Positions 20,155-28,938 of a stretch of DNA of 62,041 nucleotides are shown in pieces. The translations under genes were made by a program, and so were the position numbers. This DNA comes from a virus (Duplodnaviria > Caudoviricetes): positions 1-62,041 of IMG/VR virus record IMGVR_UViG_3300032270_000816, one strand, 5' to 3'. The stretch's first letter is position 1; every line of letters starts with the position of its first letter. The notes beneath the pieces were generated by a model. That model saw only the letters and a list, made by a program, of their open reading frames with translations. It was not told the DNA's origin and ran no database searches.

Positions 20155-21867
20155 ATGAATTCATTTAAGAAAATTGCCCTAGGTCTTGCTGCAGCGATGA
20201 CTTTTGGCGTTATGTCAGCACTTCCGACAAGTGCTGCTGTAATCGGACCTTCTCTAGCTATTGATTCTGCTACAAGCACAATCATTGCTGGTGAAACCGC
20301 AACTGCAGTAGTAACTTTGTCGTTCATTTCAGAAACAGCAGCAGATACAGCAACAGTGCTTTCTGCTATGTTCTCACAACCAACAGGTGCATCAAAGAAT
20401 GCAACACTTACATTGCTTGAAACAAGAACTGCTACAGTTGCAGTTGCAGCAGGAAATCTTTCTGCTGATGTTAACTCAACAGTTGGAACACCAGGATATG
20501 TAACTGCAAAGTTTACAGTTTCATTGGTTGCTCCATCAGTTGCAGGTACATACGAAGCAAGAATTATTACTACTCGCCCATCAACTGGTCCATCAGTTGC
20601 ATGGACAGTAACAGTTAAGGCAGCAGATATTACACCTTCTGCAGCAACAACAACTTCAATCCTAAACGCTGGTGAAGTCACAACTGCAACAGCAGATGCT
20701 TCAGTATATGCACCAAAGGCAACATCAACAGATGCAGCAGCGGTTATCGTTGTTACACCTAAGAATGCTGCAGGTGGAAACGCAACTGAGTCAATTCTTG
20801 CAACAGTTTCAGGAACAGGTTTGATCGGTTATGGCACAAATGCTACAACTATCTCTGCTCTTGGTCGTGCACTAGTAATCCCATCAGGCAACTACATTGG
20901 CGTATTTGCTGACGGTACAGCAGGAGTTGGAACAATTACACTTACAACACTTACAGGTACAGTGCTTGCAACAGAGCAGGTAACATTCTATGGTGATATC
21001 GCTACAATCGTAGCAACTCCAGTTAAGTCTGTTATCGCAGTTGGTGCAAACACAACTACAGTTAAGGCAGTTGCAAAGGATGCTTCTGGCGTAACAGTCG
21101 GAGCAGGAACACTTTATGCCAATTCATCTGATGTAGCAACAGTATCTGATTCAGGTACAGCAGCAACTATCGTTGATGGTGTAGCAACATTTACTCTTAC
21201 TGGCGTTAAGGCTGGTGGAGTTGCTATTACAGTTAGAAATGCAGCAGGCACAATCGTATCTGCTCCAGTTGCTACTCGTGTAGAAGCAGCAGCAGCATCA
21301 GTAAAGCTTACATTTGATAAGGCTGAATATCTTCCAGGTGAAGCAGCAACTATCAAGGTTCAGGTTGTTGATGCAGCAGGTCTTCCAGTTTCAGGTAAGA
21401 CACACTCTGCACTATTTGCTACAGGTGGAATTACTTCTACTTATGCATTTGGTTCAGGATCAGATGTTCTTACAGCAACATCAATTACAACTGATACAGA
21501 TACAGTAAAGACATATAAGGTATTTATGCCTTTGACTGAAAACACTGTAATAATCTCTGCAACAGGTGGTGCATCACTTCCTGCTGCAGGTCAGGTTGTA
21601 GTAAATGCAACTGCAAAGGTAGTTAACACACCAGTTAACGATGCAAGAGATGCTGCAAATGATGCAACAGATGCAGCCAACGCAGCCACAGATGCAGCAC
21701 TTGCTGCTGCAGATGCTGCAGATGCTGCTACAGCAGCAGCTCAGGAAGCATCTGATGCGGTAGCCAAGCTATCTGCAAGTGTTTCTGCAATGATTGCTTC
21801 ACTTAAGAAGCAGATCACAGCACTTACCGCTCTAGTCGTAAAGATTCAGAAGAAGGTAAACGCTTAA
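20155..21867 (+). CDS. Secreted Ig-like, S-layer-like surface protein of host (actinobacterial) type
   Basis: Sec signal peptide MNSFKKIALGLAAAMTFG...SAA, Ala/Thr/Val beta-rich repeats, a DAA coiled coil and basic C-terminus SLKKQITALTALVVKIQKKVNA. AAGGAG SD. Confidence 0.7.
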   Translation: MNSFKKIALGLAAAMTFGVMSALPTSAAVIGPSLAIDSATSTIIAGETATAVVTLSFISETAADTATVLSAMFSQPTGASKNATLTLLETRTATVAVAAGNLSADVNSTVGTPGYVTAKFTVSLVAPSVAGTYEARIITTRPSTGPSVAWTVTVKAADITPSAATTTSILNAGEVTTATADASVYAPKATSTDAAAVIVVTPKNAAGGNATESILATVSGTGLIGYGTNATTISALGRALVIPSGNYIGVFADGTAGVGTITLTTLTGTVLATEQVTFYGDIATIVATPVKSVIAVGANTTTVKAVAKDASGVTVGAGTLYANSSDVATVSDSGTAATIVDGVATFTLTGVKAGGVAITVRNAAGTIVSAPVATRVEAAAASVKLTFDKAEYLPGEAATIKVQVVDAAGLPVSGKTHSALFATGGITSTYAFGSGSDVLTATSITTDTDTVKTYKVFMPLTENTVIISATGGASLPAAGQVVVNATAKVVNTPVNDARDAANDATDAANAATDAALAAADAADAATAAAQEASDAVAKLSASVSAMIASLKKQITALTALVVKIQKKVNA

Positions 21868-21881
21868 CAAGCCAACAATTA

Positions 21882-21913
21882 AGGGGGTTAGCCAAGTGCT
21901 AGCCCTCTTTTTT
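21882..21913 (+). terminator. Intrinsic terminator
   Basis: AGGGGGTTAGC-caagt-GCTAGCCCTCT hairpin followed by a T run. Confidence 0.8.
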
Positions 21914-21968
21914 GTACCATAAAATGATATAATAGGGTTATCAAACATCTTGGAAAGGATGGCCCTCT

Positions 21969-24425
21969 ATCAGAAATTTCCTACTAAAAAGTGGGTTGGT
22001 GGCTTTTTTGGTGGGATTATGGTTCATTCTATGTCCAAGTGATCACGCACATGCGGAAGAAGTATTAAGCGCTCAAGTCACCCCTTCTGATTCAGCAACG
22101 GTAGTTATAGATTCATCATCAACATTAATAGTCCACACATCAACAGAAAGTGCCACAGCCATAATTGAGGTAGCAAATGCTACAATTTCTCAGGCTGAAA
22201 CTACCACGGCACAGGTAACAAGTAACGCAACAGCCATTACAAGCCCTACAGAGACCATTACAGCCACTATCACACAGGCTGGTACCTCAATTGCTCAGGC
22301 TCAGACAGTAGTAGATAGTGCTACTGTGGCTGTCAATAATGTTATTTCTATTCAAAATTCCCTGACACAGGCTCAAGAAACACAAACCGCTATGGCACAA
22401 ATAGTAACAACAGAGTCAGCAACAGTTACTTCACTTAATGACAGTATGACTGTTTTAAATAGTCAGATTGATAGCCAGACAGCAACAGTAAATACAGATA
22501 GTGCTACAGTTGTTGCTCGTCAAGGAGATGTGACATTGGTTCAAAATCAAATCCGACTAGAAAATGCTGGCAATCCACAGACAACAAATCTTCCTAAAGA
22601 TGATGATCAAGCATTTAGAATTAATCTTCCTTATGCCCTAAAACTTGGAGACCAAACCTATACAGATGTTTATGTTGCTACAAATGGTTTGATATCTTTT
22701 GGTACACCTCAAGGTTGGGGTGGTAATGCTCCAGCAGTTTATATTAATTTTCGTGACTGGTGGAATGTTGACTCAGATACATATGTTAGATATTCAACAA
22801 CCATCAATAGCCTTTTAGTTGAATGGAGTGTTGTTCCATATGCAACAAGATCATGGAATACTTCAAAAACATATATGACATTTGATGCTGATGTGAATCC
22901 ATTAGATGGTTCTTGGAAAGCAGATATTTCTTCTGTTGGAATGAACGGTAACAATTACAACAATCCAGTACAGGTGGTTGAGTATGTAAATAATCAACTT
23001 CAAAGCATACCAGTACCATTAACAAGCGGAACAAACTCTACTAATTTTACAGCACATGTTGATAGAACTGGATATACGCCTTATACCCCAGCACCAGCAA
23101 ATACAAATCTTGCAGAGGCTCTTACTACTGCACAAAATAATTTAACCACTGCACAGCAAACTTTGACTGCAGCCCAAGCAGTCTTATCTGGTTTACAATC
23201 AAATAAGAATGCATTGCAGTCAGAAATTAATGCAGCGCAACAAGCCTTGCAAACCGCTCAGGCTAATTTAAATACAGCCAACCAGCAAGTAGTTTACTGG
23301 CAAGGACAGGTTGAAACAGCAAAGTCTCAACTGGATTCAGCAATTATCCTTGTTACACAATCAATTGAAGCAATGGGATCATCAATTTCTGCAGCAGATT
23401 CACTGGTTGATGCAACACTTGCTGCAGAAGAATCAGTTAGACAAGCAGCAGCCAGAGCAGAAGCAGAAAGACAAGCAGCAGAAGCATCAGAAAATGCAAG
23501 AGCAGCAGAAGATGCTGCAGTGCAAGCCGAAGCAGCAGCAGATGCAGCACAGGCAGCAGCAGAAAAAGCAGAGGCTGATAGAGTAGCAGCAGAAGAGGCT
23601 GCAGCACAAGCAGAAGCAGAGGCACAGCAAGCAGAAGAAGATAGAATTGCTGCAGAAGCAGCAGCAGCAGAAGCCCAGGCAGAGGCTGAGGCTCAACAAG
23701 AAGCAGAAGCAAAAGCGGAAGCAGACAGACTAGAAGCAGAGGCCGAGCAAGCAAGACAAGCAGAAGAAGATGCAAAGGCTGAAGCAGCAGCACTTGAAGC
23801 AGAAGCAGAGGATGCTAGACAAGCAGAAGAAGATGCAAAGGCTGAAGCGGAAGCAAAAGCACAAGAGGCAGAAGATGCCAAGGCAGAGGCTGAAGCAGCA
23901 CAAGAAGAAAAAGAATTAAAAGAAATAATTGCAGATGCAAAAAATGGTAAAGAATTAACCGAAGAACAAAAAGATGTTGTAGTCGCAGCATTAGTAGCAG
24001 ACTTAAAACCAGGTGAATCAATTTCTGCAGCAGAGATAAAGGCATCTGGAGTTTCATACGCAGACCTTCCACCAGAAACACCAGTAGCAGTTAGAACTTC
24101 TGAGTCTGGAGAGGTATTAGTTATTACTGCAGAAGTAGCAGCAAATGTAGAACTTGTTCAAAACCCAGGGGCATTGTTGCAAGCAGCATTCACAGACCCA
24201 GGAGCAGCACTTGCAGCCCTAGGAAGTATTGGAGCAGACATGACTCCAGGTGAAAGAGAAGAAGCAACCAATATGGTTGTAGCCACAGTCATTGCTGGAG
24301 GCGCTGCAATTAATGCAGCAGCCGTTGCAGCAGGTGGAGCATCAGGAGGCTCTAGTGGTGGAGGAAGTTCTGGTGGTGGCTCAGGCGCCAACTCACCAGG
24401 TTCAAGAGGAGGAAGAAGATGGTAA
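21969..24425 (+). CDS. Large membrane-anchored stalked surface protein (start ATC 21969 or TTG 21996)
   Basis: Signal peptide, coiled coil, inserted globular domain, second coiled coil, AE-rich helix, C-terminal hydrophobic anchor and Gly-rich tail. Confidence 0.65.
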   Translation: MRNFLLKSGLVAFLVGLWFILCPSDHAHAEEVLSAQVTPSDSATVVIDSSSTLIVHTSTESATAIIEVANATISQAETTTAQVTSNATAITSPTETITATITQAGTSIAQAQTVVDSATVAVNNVISIQNSLTQAQETQTAMAQIVTTESATVTSLNDSMTVLNSQIDSQTATVNTDSATVVARQGDVTLVQNQIRLENAGNPQTTNLPKDDDQAFRINLPYALKLGDQTYTDVYVATNGLISFGTPQGWGGNAPAVYINFRDWWNVDSDTYVRYSTTINSLLVEWSVVPYATRSWNTSKTYMTFDADVNPLDGSWKADISSVGMNGNNYNNPVQVVEYVNNQLQSIPVPLTSGTNSTNFTAHVDRTGYTPYTPAPANTNLAEALTTAQNNLTTAQQTLTAAQAVLSGLQSNKNALQSEINAAQQALQTAQANLNTANQQVVYWQGQVETAKSQLDSAIILVTQSIEAMGSSISAADSLVDATLAAEESVRQAAARAEAERQAAEASENARAAEDAAVQAEAAADAAQAAAEKAEADRVAAEEAAAQAEAEAQQAEEDRIAAEAAAAEAQAEAEAQQEAEAKAEADRLEAEAEQARQAEEDAKAEAAALEAEAEDARQAEEDAKAEAEAKAQEAEDAKAEAEAAQEEKELKEIIADAKNGKELTEEQKDVVVAALVADLKPGESISAAEIKASGVSYADLPPETPVAVRTSESGEVLVITAEVAANVELVQNPGALLQAAFTDPGAALAALGSIGADMTPGEREEATNMVVATVIAGGAAINAAAVAAGGASGGSSGGGSSGGGSGANSPGSRGGRRW

Positions 24426-24601
24426 GAATAATAAAGAATATCCTTAAGGATATGGTAGATCAGGCATGGACTCTTCTTGGAATGTTTATTGCCTGGGTTG
24501 TTTTGGACGGTAGTGCAAAGACAATTGTTGGATATGGAATTGTAGCCACAACATTGTTATGGGTATTAACTAGTCCAATTAGAAATAGAGAGGAAGACTG
24601 A
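24419..24601 (+). CDS. Small 2-TM membrane protein
   Basis: Two hydrophobic segments, translationally coupled. Confidence 0.65.
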   Translation: MVRIIKNILKDMVDQAWTLLGMFIAWVVLDGSAKTIVGYGIVATTLLWVLTSPIRNREED

Positions 24602-24828
24602 TGAAAGATAAAACTATGTATCTGCTTGCTATGATGGTAGGCGCAGCAATTCTTGCAGCAATTGTAGGAGACTATGTTGTAGCAGGAATTGAAACACAAA
24701 CCACAGGTGAGGCAGTAGAAGTTTCTTCAGATGTTATGACATTAGTACAAACAGCCCTTGGCGGTGTCATAGGTATCCTTGGTGGTTATTTTGGATCAAA
24801 GGGCAATAACAAGGATAAGGAGGAATAA
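24601..24828 (+). CDS. Small 2-TM membrane protein
   Basis: Two hydrophobic segments and a GGYFGS tail. Confidence 0.65.
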   Translation: MKDKTMYLLAMMVGAAILAAIVGDYVVAGIETQTTGEAVEVSSDVMTLVQTALGGVIGILGGYFGSKGNNKDKEE

Positions 24829-24829
24829 G

Positions 24830-25126
24830 ATGAACAGTATCACAAATATTTGGAATATTCTCATGCGTATTGTTGCAGTATTTGCAGCAAATGCATTAGC
24901 AGTAATCGGTGCAGGTGCAATCGCAGGCATCTCAGTAGCAAAAGCTATGACAGTTGCAGGCCTTAGTGCAGTAGCAGTTGTAGTGGAGAAGTTGGCTCGT
25001 GCATTTATGGACGACGGTAAACTTACAAGAGATGAGATTAATGCAGCATTTTCTACCACAGATAAAAATGCAGTAACAGTACAAGATGAAGTAGTTGAAA
25101 AGCGCAGACGCTCAAACAAGGCTTAA
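24830..25126 (+). CDS. Membrane protein with EF-hand-like DDGKLTRDEIN motif (start ATG 24830)
   Basis: AGGAGG SD and a hydrophobic N-terminal half. Confidence 0.65.
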   Translation: MNSITNIWNILMRIVAVFAANALAVIGAGAIAGISVAKAMTVAGLSAVAVVVEKLARAFMDDGKLTRDEINAAFSTTDKNAVTVQDEVVEKRRRSNKA

Positions 25127-25137
25127 TTAGAACCTAT

Positions 25138-25166
25138 TTGACAGCCCCCCCAGGCAATGGTATACT
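25138..25166 (+). promoter_or_regulatory. Consensus SigA/sigma70 promoter
   Basis: TTGACA (25138-43), 17 bp spacer, TATACT (25161-66) with extended TG. Confidence 0.8.
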
Positions 25167-25196
25167 TAAAAGGTATTCACTGGGAGGGGTTTCTGC

Positions 25197-25727
25197 ATGA
25201 CTTGTATTGCAGTAGTTCGTGATGAAATAAATAATAAGATCTTTATGGCAGGAGATCGTGGTGCATCTGATGATGGTACCATTCTAGCATTGTCTAGTCC
25301 AAAGGTTTGGAAACTAGGCCCATACCTAATTGGATATGCTGGCTCAATGGATGGTGAGCGAATTCGCTACAACTTTAACCCCTATGTTCCTGACATTAAA
25401 GATACAGATAAGTTTATGCAAACCAAGTTTATTAAACAACTTCGTTCATTCTATAATGATTTCTGGGTAGATACTTCAAAAGAAGGTGACCTTGGTTTAA
25501 TTATTGCTGTACGTGGAAATATCTATGAACACAGCTCTGCAGATATGTCTTTGTCTAAATATACACTTCCTTATCTTGCTATGGGTTCAGGGGCAGAATA
25601 TGCTTATGGCTATATGAATGCCACCGAAAAAACAAGAGATGCAAGAAAGCGTGTAGTAGGAGCAGTAAACTCAGCAATTAAATTTAGTCCATCATGTATG
25701 GGCCCAGTTGACGTAGTTAGCGTTTAG
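25197..25727 (+). CDS. Ntn-hydrolase, HslV/proteasome-beta-like protease
   Basis: N-terminal M-T-C-I, AGD, K at about residue 36, IGYAGS and AMGSG. Confidence 0.8.
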   Translation: MTCIAVVRDEINNKIFMAGDRGASDDGTILALSSPKVWKLGPYLIGYAGSMDGERIRYNFNPYVPDIKDTDKFMQTKFIKQLRSFYNDFWVDTSKEGDLGLIIAVRGNIYEHSSADMSLSKYTLPYLAMGSGAEYAYGYMNATEKTRDARKRVVGAVNSAIKFSPSCMGPVDVVSV

Positions 25728-25742
25728 GAGTACACTTATAAT

Positions 25743-25934
25743 ATGCACGAAGAAGATAGCACAGAAGATGCAGAGTTTGGCATCTGGTTAAGAAACGGTA
25801 TTGAACGGGGATGGATTTCAGATCCGTACTGCAATACTCATGATGGTGGGTATGAGTATATGGGTGAAGATGAGTTGCAAGAATGGGATGAAGGTGGCGA
25901 TCCCTGTTGTCATGTAGTTCGCCTTATGATATAA
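25743..25934 (+). CDS. Hypothetical protein (leaderless)
   Basis: CNTHDG...GGDPCCHVVR. TACACT -10 lies 6 nt before the ATG. Confidence 0.65.
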   Translation: MHEEDSTEDAEFGIWLRNGIERGWISDPYCNTHDGGYEYMGEDELQEWDEGGDPCCHVVRLMI

Positions 25935-25937
25935 TAA

Positions 25938-25988
25938 TATTGTACTGCCTACGGGGGTACAATAACTTATTCGCTTGAAAGGGGAATA
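25938..25988 (+). promoter_or_regulatory. ROSE-like two-hairpin 5'UTR (candidate RNA thermometer)
   Basis: Hairpin 1 has a cUACGg loop. Hairpin 2, UUAUUC-G-CUU-GAAA-GGG-GAAUAA, sequesters the SD with a bulged G. TG-a-TATAAT at 25927-35. Confidence 0.55.
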
Positions 25989-25991
25989 AAA

Positions 25992-26417
25992 ATGGTAAGC
26001 ATGTCAACAAACCTTGCGATGGATCTATTTAATGATCCATTTTTTATTGGATTCAACAGAGAGTTGGGTCGCTTAAATAATGCACATAAAATCAATTCAC
26101 AATCATATCCTCCATATGATCTTCTTAAGCTAGACGAAGATACATACAGAATATCAATTGCTCTTGCGGGATTTACAAAAGATAATATTGATATTTCAGT
26201 AGATGGTGGCGCTCTTATTATTAATGGCGAGATTGTAGAAGTCACAGATGCAGAGGTAATTCATAAGGGTATTGCTGGTCGTAAATTTACACGATCATTT
26301 GCTCTTGGAGAATATATGGAAGTATCAAATGCAACTCTTACTGATGGAATGTTACACATTAATGTTGTAAGAAACACGCCAGAAGAGAAGAAGCCAAAGG
26401 TCATTAAGATCAAATAA
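25992..26417 (+). CDS. Small heat-shock protein (Hsp20/IbpA family)
   Basis: YPPYDL, ALAGF, HKGIAGRKFTRSF and A.L.DGML. Confidence 0.93.
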   Translation: MVSMSTNLAMDLFNDPFFIGFNRELGRLNNAHKINSQSYPPYDLLKLDEDTYRISIALAGFTKDNIDISVDGGALIINGEIVEVTDAEVIHKGIAGRKFTRSFALGEYMEVSNATLTDGMLHINVVRNTPEEKKPKVIKIK

Positions 26418-26438
26418 ATTTCAGGACGCTACCTGGGA

Positions 26439-26466
26439 CAACCTGAGCAAGTTGCAAAAAGGCTCA
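26439..26466 (+). ncRNA. CUGAGCA pseudoknot element, copy A
   Basis: CAAC-CTGAGCAA-GTTG-CAAAAAG-GCTCA, just downstream of the hsp20 stop. Confidence 0.65.
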
Positions 26467-26508
26467 TTCTTTGATATACTTGTAATACAAAACTTTAGGA
26501 GGTTTTAA

Positions 26509-27294
26509 GTGGCGGTTAAGGGTTCACTAGAAGCAATCATTGAGGTTGCTAAAGCAGAAATTGGGACTATTGAAGGTCCAAAAGACAACGAAACAAAGTA
26601 TGGTAAATGGACAGGTGCAAACTTCCTTCCATGGTGCCAGTCATTTGTTTCTTGGTGTGCATACACAGCAGGAGTAAAAGATTTTCCAAAGACAGCAGCG
26701 ACAGTCGTAGCGTCTGATTGGTTTAAAAAGAAAGCTCGTTGGGCGGATGCTCGTAATGATGATCCAACTCCAGGAGACTGGATTTATTTTGATTTCCCAG
26801 ATGATGGCGTAAATCGTATTTCACATGTTGGTATTTGTATTAAGAATAACGGAAATGGAACTATTCAAGTTATTGAAGGAAATACTTCAGGAACTGCAAA
26901 AGGAGATCAAAGAAATGGCGGTATGTGCGTAGAAAAAACTCGTGCATACGTAAAGAATAATAAGCCTAAGCTAATGAATGCCATTGTAGGTTGGGGTCGT
27001 CCAGTTTATGCTGGCGAAGAAGATCTTCCATTGCTTTCCAAAGTCGGTTCTTCTGACTCAGCAGTTAAACAAACAGCACCAGCAGCACCTGTCGCTGCAA
27101 AAGTTTTTAATCCACTTAAGGTTGGCTCAAAGGGCACTGGAGTTAAGAATGTTCAAAAACTTCTTAAGTTAAAGGCAGATGGCTCATTCGGTCCAGGTAC
27201 CGAAAAGGCTGTTAAAGACTTTCAGACAAAAAATAAGTTGCCAGCAACTGGTATTGTTGATCAGGCTACACTTAAAGCACTTAAGAGTAACTAA
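26509..27294 (+). CDS. Endolysin: CHAP amidase + peptidoglycan-binding domain
   Basis: PWCQSFVSW, SHVGI and IEGNT. C-terminal LKVGSKG..V..VQ...DGSFGPGTEKAVKDFQ...GIVD. Confidence 0.9.
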   Translation: MAVKGSLEAIIEVAKAEIGTIEGPKDNETKYGKWTGANFLPWCQSFVSWCAYTAGVKDFPKTAATVVASDWFKKKARWADARNDDPTPGDWIYFDFPDDGVNRISHVGICIKNNGNGTIQVIEGNTSGTAKGDQRNGGMCVEKTRAYVKNNKPKLMNAIVGWGRPVYAGEEDLPLLSKVGSSDSAVKQTAPAAPVAAKVFNPLKVGSKGTGVKNVQKLLKLKADGSFGPGTEKAVKDFQTKNKLPATGIVDQATLKALKSN

Positions 27295-27494
27295 TGGAGT
27301 CAACCAAAAGAACATATATTAAAACATTTAGCTGGGAAACTTTTCATTTTCTAGTGCTTGCTGTAATAATTTATTTGTTTACTGGTGATTGGGAATACTC
27401 AGGACTTGGAGCAATTTTCTATATTGGAATTGAATCCCTTGGATATTTTGTTCATGAAAGAGCATGGGCAAGGTTTGGACATAAGGTAAAGTAA
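27294..27494 (+). CDS. DUF2061-like small membrane protein
   Basis: ES.KR..IKT.SW...YFVHERAW. Confidence 0.7.
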   Translation: MESTKRTYIKTFSWETFHFLVLAVIIYLFTGDWEYSGLGAIFYIGIESLGYFVHERAWARFGHKVK

Positions 27495-27670
27495 TGCCTG
27501 TATATGATTATAAATGCACAATGTGCTCTTCTACTGTTGAATACAAAAGAGATTTTGGAGATAGTACAGAGCCATTATGCTGTAATGAAACAATGCAACG
27601 GCAATGGCAATCGCCAGGTGTGCTTTTTAACGGTACGGGATTTTATTCCACAGATAATAGAAAGCGGTAG
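27494..27670 (+). CDS. FmdB-family zinc-ribbon protein, 58 aa (not in ORF track)
   Basis: MPVYDYKCTMC...CC...M.R...FNGTGFYSTD. Confidence 0.8.
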   Translation: MPVYDYKCTMCSSTVEYKRDFGDSTEPLCCNETMQRQWQSPGVLFNGTGFYSTDNRKR

Positions 27671-27676
27671 TACAAT

Positions 27677-27907
27677 ATGAATACAATGATTGAGCAAGAA
27701 GAGCAAGTATGGCTTATGGATGCAACAGATCGTTGCGATAGATGTGCTGCTCAAGCATATGTAAAGGTAATAGGACATTCTGGAGAACTTCTTTTTTGTT
27801 CTCATCACTATAATAAGGTAGTTGATGATGCAGTTGGGTATGACAAAATTATGAAATTTATGGTTGAAATTATTGATGAAAGAGAGAGACTTGCAGATGG
27901 GAAGTAG
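27677..27907 (+). CDS. Small actinobacterial-type zinc-binding protein
   Basis: DRCDRCAAQAYV...ELLFCSHH...IDERERL, resembling conserved small actinobacterial proteins. Confidence 0.7.
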   Translation: MNTMIEQEEQVWLMDATDRCDRCAAQAYVKVIGHSGELLFCSHHYNKVVDDAVGYDKIMKFMVEIIDERERLADGK

Positions 27908-28046
27908 TAAGCATCCATTTAATGCTACACAGATTAAAGATGGAAGAATTGTAAAGCTAAGAAAAGATGGTCGTATTAAAGCAGATCTGGGACCTTATTT
28001 TGTTAATCACAATAAGCCAATTACTATAAAAAAGGAATCAAATTAA
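27897..28046 (+). CDS. Small basic hypothetical protein
   Basis: MGSSKHPFNATQIKDGRIVKLRKDG..., coupled to both neighbours. Confidence 0.5.
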   Translation: MGSSKHPFNATQIKDGRIVKLRKDGRIKADLGPYFVNHNKPITIKKESN

Positions 28047-28684
28047 TGAAAAAATTTTTACTATTTATAACATTGGCATTAGTATCAGGAATAGTTCCAG
28101 CACAAGCAGCAGACACATCTTTTACAACAGTATCAAAAGCGATTGAATCACTTAAGGTTGCTGATGAATCTCGTACAGGTTACGTACGAACAAAGTTTAA
28201 GCACTGGACAGGAGCAGGAAATGGTTGTGACTCTCGCAAGGCAGTCATTATTTCTGAGGCAGTTAAGAAACCAGTAGTTGAAAAAGGATGCGTAATTAAG
28301 GGTGGAGAATGGCTAAGTATCTATGACAATGTTATAGTTACAGAAGCAGGTAAACTTGATGTAGACCATTTTGTTCCATTGGCAGAAGCTTGGGATTCTG
28401 GAGCATCAGCATGGGATCCTGCAAAGCGAGAGATGTATGCAAATGATCAAACAGACCCACGTCATTTAATTGCAGTTACTGGAGCATCAAATAGATCTAA
28501 GAGTGATCGTGATCCAGCAGAATGGATGCCAACAAATAAAGCGTATACATGTTCATACATTGCAAACTGGGTATCCGTTAAAGTCAGATGGGCCCTAACA
28601 GTTGATACCAAAGAAAAGGAAGCACTTATTGCAAACAACAAAAGCTGCAAAGCAACCAAATTAACAGTTAGTTTAGTTAAGTGA
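28046..28684 (+). CDS. Secreted HNH-type nuclease (DUF1524-like)
   Basis: Signal peptide, GY.R..F.HW, LDVDHFVPLAEAWDSGA and NRSKSDRDPAEWMP. Confidence 0.8.
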   Translation: MKKFLLFITLALVSGIVPAQAADTSFTTVSKAIESLKVADESRTGYVRTKFKHWTGAGNGCDSRKAVIISEAVKKPVVEKGCVIKGGEWLSIYDNVIVTEAGKLDVDHFVPLAEAWDSGASAWDPAKREMYANDQTDPRHLIAVTGASNRSKSDRDPAEWMPTNKAYTCSYIANWVSVKVRWALTVDTKEKEALIANNKSCKATKLTVSLVK

Positions 28685-28938
28685 GACACATACTTTATTT
28701 TACAGCAGAATGGTGTAATCCATGCAAACGAGTTCGCCCTATAGCAGAAGAATTGGACAGAGATAATGTCATTAAGTTTCAATTTATTGATGCTGACGAC
28801 AACGGTGATTTATGTCGTAAGTTTGAAATCAAAGCAATTCCAACCTTTATTCTTATTGAAGAGGGCAAAGAAGTCCGCCGTATCAATGGAGCAAAGACTA
28901 GAGAGCAACTTGAGGCATTCATCAATGGATCCGATTGA
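28681..28938 (+). CDS. Thioredoxin
   Basis: FTAEWCNPCK and the cis-Pro motif IPTF. Confidence 0.9.
   Translation: MRHILYFTAEWCNPCKRVRPIAEELDRDNVIKFQFIDADDNGDLCRKFEIKAIPTFILIEEGKEVRRINGAKTREQLEAFINGSD

Noticed and set aside
23311-24391. Alternative-frame and antisense ORFs (Leu-, Cys- or Gln-rich)
   Set aside because: They are shadows of the low-complexity GCA/GAA repeat coding region and have no SD or promoter.
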